From: a virus
Lineage: Duplodnaviria > Caudoviricetes
Reading direction: 5' to 3' (one strand)
Virus record (IMG/VR): IMGVR_UViG_3300031418_000003
Length of the DNA: 64,000 nucleotides
The position numbers and the translations under genes are program-made. Below are positions 58,521-64,000 of the stretch, in pieces. Within the stretch, counting starts at the first letter, position 1. Every line of letters begins with the position of its first letter. Under the pieces are notes generated by a model. It saw only the letters and a list, made by a program, of their open reading frames with translations. It did no database searches and had not been told where the DNA came from.

Positions 58521-58967
58521 CTAAAGACAATAATTGAGGGAATAACCATTTTTCTTTAACCAATCTAAAATAATAATGGGTTCAATACGATCATATTGAA
58601 TATGATCAGTAGTTTTAAATTCTGAGAAATCTTTATTATTTTTATTATTTACCTTTATCCATTTTTGATTTGGTAAAGGTTTGATGGTATAAAGATAGAT
58701 TTCATCATTTTTATCAATACTTACTTTAGATTCGTTAGGATAAAATTCAATTGTGATGATTTTATCAGATATCGAGAATTCTTTTAAAGTATTATTCTTT
58801 TCTAAGAGTCCAGCTATTCCCATAAGGATGGCTGATTCTTTATTCTCGGTAACATAAAGATTCTTATTAGATTCGGTACTATCCCAATTTATTTCTTTAT
58901 TAGAATAATTAAATCCTGGTTTCAATATATTATTTTTATACCTAGATCCGTGATATAACACATTCAT
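58521..58967 (-). CDS. Putative ADP-ribosyltransferase-fold protein (Arr-like)
   Basis: LYHGS at the N-terminus, LYVT..K..A, IYLYTIKP and late EFKT; visibly much more AT-rich than flanking genes. Confidence 0.6.
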   Translation of the reverse strand: MNVLYHGSRYKNNILKPGFNYSNKEINWDSTESNKNLYVTENKESAILMGIAGLLEKNNTLKEFSISDKIITIEFYPNESKVSIDKNDEIYLYTIKPLPNQKWIKVNNKNNKDFSEFKTTDHIQYDRIEPIIILDWLKKNGYSLNYCL

Positions 58968-59007
58968 ACATTGCCTCTAACATTAAAAAAAAAGTACAAA
59001 TAATAAC

Positions 59008-59034
59008 CCCTACCCTCCGAAAGGAAGGGTAGGG
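59008..59034. terminator. Conserved-family palindromic hairpin (copy 9)
   Basis: CCCTACCCT-cc gaaa gg a-AGGGTAGGG, near-identical to copies 1 and 5. Confidence 0.8.
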
Positions 59035-59041
59035 TATTATG

Positions 59042-59599
59042 TTAGTCTTGTGTTGGTAATTCGGCGTGCAGCATCTTTACCGTTTCTTCGATCACGGTTG
59101 TATTGATGTCAGACTTGTTCAGCTGCCATTCCAAGTTACAGAAGTGTGTCTGATAACTTTGACCGTTGAGGTGGAACACTTCAAGGTCATGATAAGAGAT
59201 ACCCTGGTATTTATCGGGAATCGTCAGGAATGTACAAGCGATCAATCGTGACACACCGATATTACTCGCATCCCGGAAGATCGGGATGTTAACCACTGGA
59301 TACTCGTAGTTCGGATTGCCTGTGGTGATATGCATCTCTTCACCAAAGTCATATGCAACCAGACCACGTATGGAAACCAGTGCATTGTCACTAGCCAATA
59401 CAAGATCATTCTTATATCCGTAAAAACGGAGAGGTTCCCAGGCGTCGTAAGACTTGTTTAAGGCCAGCTCATCGCGAATGTGTTTTTCTTTGACGAGTTT
59501 AGCTTGTTCCTCTGTCAGCCCTGAAAGCACAGTATCCAATTCCTGTGACAGGGTTCTAATGTTTTTAACGGAACGCTTCTCATGGATGACGATAGTCAT
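59042..59599 (-). CDS. HNH-endonuclease-like protein, degenerate active site
   Basis: VSRLIACTFLTIP...EVFHLNGQSYQTHFCNLEW aligns to the HRLVAxAF...VnHkDG.k.NN...NLEW pattern with substitutions. Confidence 0.6.
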   Translation of the reverse strand: MTIVIHEKRSVKNIRTLSQELDTVLSGLTEEQAKLVKEKHIRDELALNKSYDAWEPLRFYGYKNDLVLASDNALVSIRGLVAYDFGEEMHITTGNPNYEYPVVNIPIFRDASNIGVSRLIACTFLTIPDKYQGISYHDLEVFHLNGQSYQTHFCNLEWQLNKSDINTTVIEETVKMLHAELPTQD

Positions 59600-59713
59600 A
59601 ACTTATTTCCTTGTGCGTTTAACGATGGTGTGGGTCTATCGGGGTTAGTGGTGGATACCCTCTTAGGCCAAGAATGGTAAAGTGAGTATTTTATTAAATT
59701 AACCAACTAAACC

Positions 59714-59739
59714 CCTACTCTCCCTTGCGGAAGAGTAGG
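59714..59739. terminator. Conserved-family palindromic hairpin (copy 10)
   Basis: CCTACTCT-ccc ttgc gga-AGAGTAGG. Confidence 0.75.
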
Positions 59740-59753
59740 AAGTTATGGAATGA

Positions 59754-60311
59754 TTAATCGCCTACAGATACGGTCAGGGTTACTGACAGTACTTCGTTCT
59801 TCGTATCATAACTGTAAGTGAACAATTCGATACGATTGAAGAATTGCATTTCGCCATACAGAGTAGTAACGTCCTGGTTGTACTCATCAGCGGCTACAGC
59901 AAGAGCAAACTGATCAACAATACCACGGAACGTTTCTTCCAGTTGCGCGTACTGTGGGGTGTTCTCTGGATCCTCAACCGGTACCATTTCGGTAACACCG
60001 GAAGCTTCAGCATCCAGACCCTGCTGATGCGCAAACAGTGCAAAGGTGGTTGCACCGACGATCTGGGTTTCGTGATCCAGTTGATCTTCTTCTTCGTTCT
60101 GATCTTCTTCCAGCTCATCGCTGTCATCATTGGCCGCAGTCAGCAGGTTTTTACCAGCCGCTTGACCAAAGACGATATTCAACGCACCTTCCAGTGCGAT
60201 ATGAATTTGTTCTGCCGACAGACTTTCAAAGAGCTCAGCGAATTCAGGCACCTTGAACTTATAGGTCACAGCCTGGTCAGGAATGATTGCATTGGTAGTT
60301 TGACTTAACAT
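59754..60311 (-). CDS. Acidic hypothetical protein
   Basis: Start re-assigned to ATG 60311 (GGAG RBS). Confidence 0.7.
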   Translation of the reverse strand: MLSQTTNAIIPDQAVTYKFKVPEFAELFESLSAEQIHIALEGALNIVFGQAAGKNLLTAANDDSDELEEDQNEEEDQLDHETQIVGATTFALFAHQQGLDAEASGVTEMVPVEDPENTPQYAQLEETFRGIVDQFALAVAADEYNQDVTTLYGEMQFFNRIELFTYSYDTKNEVLSVTLTVSVGD

Positions 60312-60345
60312 GACACTTCTCCAGGATATAAAATTTGTGTGGGTG

Positions 60346-60726
60346 TTACCAATGCATCCATGCGGATTCACTGGGGTCTACATAAAGTTGTATTCGGGTA
60401 AAGTTTTTACCCAGGTAGTAATCATATTTGAGATAGAATTCTCCATTGACCAGAAGGTTCTGATAGACCAACTCAGATGATAACTCTTCCACTCGTTTTC
60501 TAATCTCGTTATAGATCACTTCTACATTGGGTTTATCCAGATCATGCAAACAGGAATGGAGGTAACCTAGCAACACCCCATTCAGTTCACACTCGCCTTC
60601 CATCCCCAGAATTAACTTCTCACCTAACATGTACACGATGAGCTCATTTAGCTGCATACAATCTGTTTTCATTGCAGTATGAACTATCGTGTTACGAAAG
60701 GTATAACTGACTATATTGGTTTGCAT
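60346..60726 (-). CDS. Hypothetical protein
   Basis: ATG 60726 (MQTNIVSY); overlaps the upstream gene. Confidence 0.6.
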   Translation of the reverse strand: MQTNIVSYTFRNTIVHTAMKTDCMQLNELIVYMLGEKLILGMEGECELNGVLLGYLHSCLHDLDKPNVEVIYNEIRKRVEELSSELVYQNLLVNGEFYLKYDYYLGKNFTRIQLYVDPSESAWMHW

Positions 60727-61114
60727 AGATTGGATTCTCAAGTACGGCTAGACGAATTAATCCCGGATACCAAAATGTCATGATATCGTGGATATTGTCG
60801 ACTTGAGTTGTAAACTCCTCTAACTTGCTCCAAAAACAACCTAGGATGATTTCTAAGCGCTCTATGACATCATCATATACATCGGCAAAGCGATCATGGT
60901 CAGACTCGCCTATGATCTCTGTGATGTGATCTCCGATGGTTAATCGTGCGTACTCTTGCATCGACTCATCAGTAAATGACAGTCCCAGTTTCTTATGCTG
61001 TTCAATCAATATAGCGACACCTGCTGCCGTGGCTTCCAATATAACTTCATCGAAAACGTCAGGAATCGGAATATTGATCGTAACTAATTCTACATTCATT
61101 GCACCACCAAACAT
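60692..61114 (-). CDS. Hypothetical protein
   Basis: 140 aa (alternative start 61099). Confidence 0.65.
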   Translation of the reverse strand: MFGGAMNVELVTINIPIPDVFDEVILEATAAGVAILIEQHKKLGLSFTDESMQEYARLTIGDHITEIIGESDHDRFADVYDDVIERLEIILGCFWSKLEEFTTQVDNIHDIMTFWYPGLIRLAVLENPIYANQYSQLYLS

Positions 61115-61148
61115 AAACTCTAGAGACCGAAGTCCCTAGAGTCATGAG

Positions 61149-62693
61149 TTAGATTCGTGAACCGCTATCTATCAATGTAAACTGTTTCATCTTCTTATCG
61201 AAGATAGTTTTACGTTTGCGATGATATTCAACCTGCTTGGGAATATCAGGACACACGTAATAAACAAAGATAGGATCTAAGTCAGGCCACCATTTGTCAA
61301 TAGGACGCGTACGCCCAACCATCTGGTCATTACGCTGAGACGAACTCACCGCCATTGGACTGAATACCACATACAACTGCGGTATATCTTTACCTGTACC
61401 ACAACTACCTGGTGTCGTAATAACTACCTGGTGTTCGCGGTAAGCGGATTTGGTTTCCTTCTTCTTACTCTGGTCAGCAGTAAAAATGATGGCATCCAAA
61501 TCAGGTTTATCTTTCTTCAGTCGTTCCAGGAACATACGGCACATTTCTGTTGTCGCAAAGAACCACATGGCTTTTTGACCTTCACGGTACGTATCGAAGT
61601 AATACACTTTGAATGATTCCGCCAGCATTAGATAATACTGTTCAAAGAGATACTTACTCTTCATGATCGCTTGTTCAAACTTCACATGAGAATAGCCACC
61701 AAACCCTTTGGTGTTAATTCGATACTTGTTCACATCGATACGGTGTGTGTACGCAATGACGTGAATGTACTTGGTGTATTCAGGCGGTCTGAGATAACTG
61801 GATGGCGGGAAGATCTGACTATAGATGCTATTGATGAATTCATCATCGCCCTTTAGAGTCGCTGACAGCGCTGCGGTTTTGGCGTGATTCCCAAACATCA
61901 ATGACATATAAACCGAATAGATCGATTCATGTGCCTCATCGATAATACGATACCCACAAGCAAAGTCACGATATACGTCATCTAGGCTTGGCAGGAGTGG
62001 ATCTTCTTTCATACGTTTCAGATAAACATCAATCTTGGTCAGTGGCAAGATAATGAATGAAGGATTAATCAACCCTTCTCGCATTGCCTTGTGTACATCT
62101 TCAATCGAGTGCTTATCGACAATGAGAATATCCGTTGGATGAACATTCAGGAATTCTGCAATTGTCTTAACCCAGATATCCACATAACGAGGCAACACCG
62201 TAATCAGCGTTCGCTTCTGTAACAGATAAGCCACAAAGATTGCCATAAAGGATTTACCGAAACCGGTGGTTGCGTTATTCACCACAACTGGCTTCTCACC
62301 CATCATGAACTCAACGTAGTCTTCCTGCAATTCGTTACGTGGTTTGATGTTCGGGTTCTTTAACTTGATGTTGGCGGTAGCTCCGATAATAACAGGTTCG
62401 TCTTTTATAACGATTCTGTTTTCTGCATAGCCGTTTTCCGTCATCATCTTTATCAGTTCAGGTAGTTTCTCTACATTGAACCTCAACTCGGTTTTATCAG
62501 TGTTAAACCGAGCGAATACATGACTGACTTCCCACTTGATGGCATTCGGTCCGCCACCGGGTATGGGAGTTTTCTGAACTCGATAAAAGTGTCGTTTGCA
62601 AAAAGGAATGAGCACTTGTTTAACAAGTTCAGGTTTATAGTCAGTCAAACGAACATATGTGTTCGCTTTATGCACGGTAAGTGTACTACGCAT
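61149..62693 (-). CDS. SF2 (UvsW/DEAD-like) helicase
   Basis: Start re-assigned to ATG 62693 (GAGGT RBS); ATTGFGKS, IIDEAH, LSAT, QMVGRTR motifs. Confidence 0.9.
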   Translation of the reverse strand: MRSTLTVHKANTYVRLTDYKPELVKQVLIPFCKRHFYRVQKTPIPGGGPNAIKWEVSHVFARFNTDKTELRFNVEKLPELIKMMTENGYAENRIVIKDEPVIIGATANIKLKNPNIKPRNELQEDYVEFMMGEKPVVVNNATTGFGKSFMAIFVAYLLQKRTLITVLPRYVDIWVKTIAEFLNVHPTDILIVDKHSIEDVHKAMREGLINPSFIILPLTKIDVYLKRMKEDPLLPSLDDVYRDFACGYRIIDEAHESIYSVYMSLMFGNHAKTAALSATLKGDDEFINSIYSQIFPPSSYLRPPEYTKYIHVIAYTHRIDVNKYRINTKGFGGYSHVKFEQAIMKSKYLFEQYYLMLAESFKVYYFDTYREGQKAMWFFATTEMCRMFLERLKKDKPDLDAIIFTADQSKKKETKSAYREHQVVITTPGSCGTGKDIPQLYVVFSPMAVSSSQRNDQMVGRTRPIDKWWPDLDPIFVYYVCPDIPKQVEYHRKRKTIFDKKMKQFTLIDSGSRI

Positions 62694-62935
62694 CTGACAA
62701 ACCTCATATACTGAAACCCTGGAAGAATGGGCGTCCAAAGGATACTTGACTATCTAATTCGGGCTCCAGTACTTTAAAATACACATTCCTTTTTAAGGGA
62801 AATCCTTTTCCCTTTCAGTCACTTAGAACTTATTTATTGCATCGACTTTAAAATCTCGATAGACTTCCTCAGGAAGAGGTCCAAATATGTCCGCTAATGA
62901 TACACCGTCAGGGAACCCATATTTGGGCTGGGGTT

Positions 62936-63397
62936 TTACTTTCCCATATCCCCGCCAGAGTTGTCCTCGGCTTCTTCCAGAGCTTTGGACGGCAGAGCGG
63001 CATCAGGCAAACTGTTTTCATGAGTCTCCTCTTTCTCCACGTGCTTTGGAATTTCAACAACCAGATTAACCTCCTTAAAACCAAAACCACTGATTTTGAC
63101 TTCATGGGTTTCCAGATTAACCGATGCCACAACGGAGATCGTTGCCGGGACATCTTCTTCGCTGTTGCTGTACTGCAAGATCAGGACTTTACCTTCTTTC
63201 GATTGATCAAACGAAGGCACGAACTCTTTTGGCTTGTCGAAGCTTACCAGCACTTCTCCATTCTCGCCCTTGATCTCATCAATGAAATACTTGAATGGGT
63301 TCGGGGAAAGACTAACCAGGGTAACGGGAAGATCGATTACGTTGGTCTGTGGGGGCTCAGATGCAGTCAAAGTAAAGTTCTTAAGTACAACAGTCAT
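62936..63397 (-). CDS. FVPSFD-motif paralog 3
   Basis: ATG 63397 overlaps the TGA of the upstream gene; KEFVPSFDQSKE...SGFGFKEV. Confidence 0.7.
   Translation of the reverse strand: MTVVLKNFTLTASEPPQTNVIDLPVTLVSLSPNPFKYFIDEIKGENGEVLVSFDKPKEFVPSFDQSKEGKVLILQYSNSEEDVPATISVVASVNLETHEVKISGFGFKEVNLVVEIPKHVEKEETHENSLPDAALPSKALEEAEDNSGGDMGK
62939..62945 (-). promoter_or_regulatory. Candidate -1 frameshift site G_GGA_AAG directly before the stop codon
   Basis: ATG GGA AAG TAA; the -1 frame continues 38 codons to TAA at 62825-62823 and has no start codon of its own. Confidence 0.5.
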
Positions 63398-63774
63398 CAA
63401 AAATCTTCCTTATATAAACGGTACATATGAATGGTCACGTACTCAAACCCAGAACCGGTAACTTTGATTTCCTGGGTTTCAATATTGATATCGGCGTAAA
63501 TTTTCACACGAGCTTCGTCAGCGGGCGCACGACTTGCCCAGCTAATGATTCGCGTTGTCTCTTCCTTCTCTTTGTCGAAAGAGGGGACGAATTGTTTCTT
63601 TGGCCAAACAGCGTAATGGAAGTTCATGCCGTCAAAAGGAACCAGCGATGCAGCTTCGAGAATAAAGACACAATCGTCATCGATATCCTTAGCATTGGGA
63701 GGTAATCGAAGAAGTTCTTTTCTCTTAACATGAATTCGACATGGTCCCACTAACTTCTCTTTTGGGATGCCCAT
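63397..63774 (-). CDS. FVPSFD-motif paralog 2
   Basis: KQFVPSFDKEKE...TGSGFEYV. Confidence 0.7.
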   Translation of the reverse strand: MGIPKEKLVGPCRIHVKRKELLRLPPNAKDIDDDCVFILEAASLVPFDGMNFHYAVWPKKQFVPSFDKEKEETTRIISWASRAPADEARVKIYADINIETQEIKVTGSGFEYVTIHMYRLYKEDF

Positions 63775-63776
63775 AA

Positions 63777-64000
63777 TTACGCTTCTGAAGTTGGACGGTA
63801 TTCGTAGACCTTAATAACGATCTTCTCGAAACCTTCTCCTGTGACAGTCAATGCGTTGGTAGGAATGTGAAACTTACCAGAAACAAAGACGCGGTCGTGA
63901 CCTTCTTCATCTTTGTTTGACCAGGCCAAGATCTGTTCTTCTTCTGTTTTGTTTTTATCAAAAGAAGGAACAAACCGACGTCCTTTAGCGAATACAACAC
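63777..64000 (-). CDS. FVPSFD-motif paralog 1, truncated at right edge (not in ORF track)
   Basis: Manual translation: ..VVFAKGRRFVPSFDKNKTEEEQILAWSNKDEEGHDRVFVSGKFHIPTNALTVTGEGFEKIVIKVYEYRPTSEA*. Confidence 0.7.
   Translation of the reverse strand, partial: VVFAKGRRFVPSFDKNKTEEEQILAWSNKDEEGHDRVFVSGKFHIPTNALTVTGEGFEKIVIKVYEYRPTSEA

Noticed and set aside
59620-59665. GC-rich bulged hairpin in the leader of the HNH-like gene as a riboswitch or ncRNA
   Set aside because: No recognisable aptamer or tRNA features, and only a weak stem.
6103-59739. Palindrome family interpreted as a CRISPR array or IS ends
   Set aside because: Copies are dispersed, with no regular spacers, no target-site duplications and no transposase or cas genes in the window.
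63395-63403. Possible -1 slip at GAT TTT TGA fusing paralogs 2 and 3
   Set aside because: Only a single-tRNA slip is possible; the TGATG overlap with an AAGGAAG RBS is ordinary translational coupling.
1-64000. Stop-codon reassignment
   Set aside because: Core genes translate full-length with the standard code, and TAA, TGA and TAG all serve as stops.

Overview
A 64-kb segment of a phiKZ-like, nucleus-forming jumbo myophage (Chimalliviridae), densely coding and mostly on the - strand. It carries the conserved virion and replication block: a >1079-aa tail-fibre-type gene running off the left edge (absent from the ORF track), an overlapping Rz/Rz1-type spanin pair, RuvC, baseplate and portal genes, the non-virion RNAP beta-N subunit, major capsid protein, DnaB-like helicase, neck/tail genes, a family of protease-processed inner-head proteins, a split family-B DNA polymerase subunit, the virion RNAP beta'-middle subunit and an SF2 helicase. 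Small accessory islands include an AT-rich ADP-ribosyltransferase-fold gene, a degenerate HNH gene and a tandem 'FVPSFD' paralog array. The main observations are two candidate programmed -1 ribosomal frameshifts: U_UUU_UUC at 53315-53309, which would fuse a tail-assembly-chaperone-like gene to the next ORF (G/GT-like), and the lambda-type G_GGA_AAG directly before a stop at 62945-62939. Also notable are about 10 sequence-conserved intergenic palindromes (CCYTACYCT...AGRGTAGRG), often flanked by TATG, and a virion-cluster M48-like zinc metalloprotease. Family assignments come from motifs and synteny recalled from phiKZ/SPN3US-type phages; no database searches were run. No tRNA, rRNA, CRISPR array or intron was recognised.
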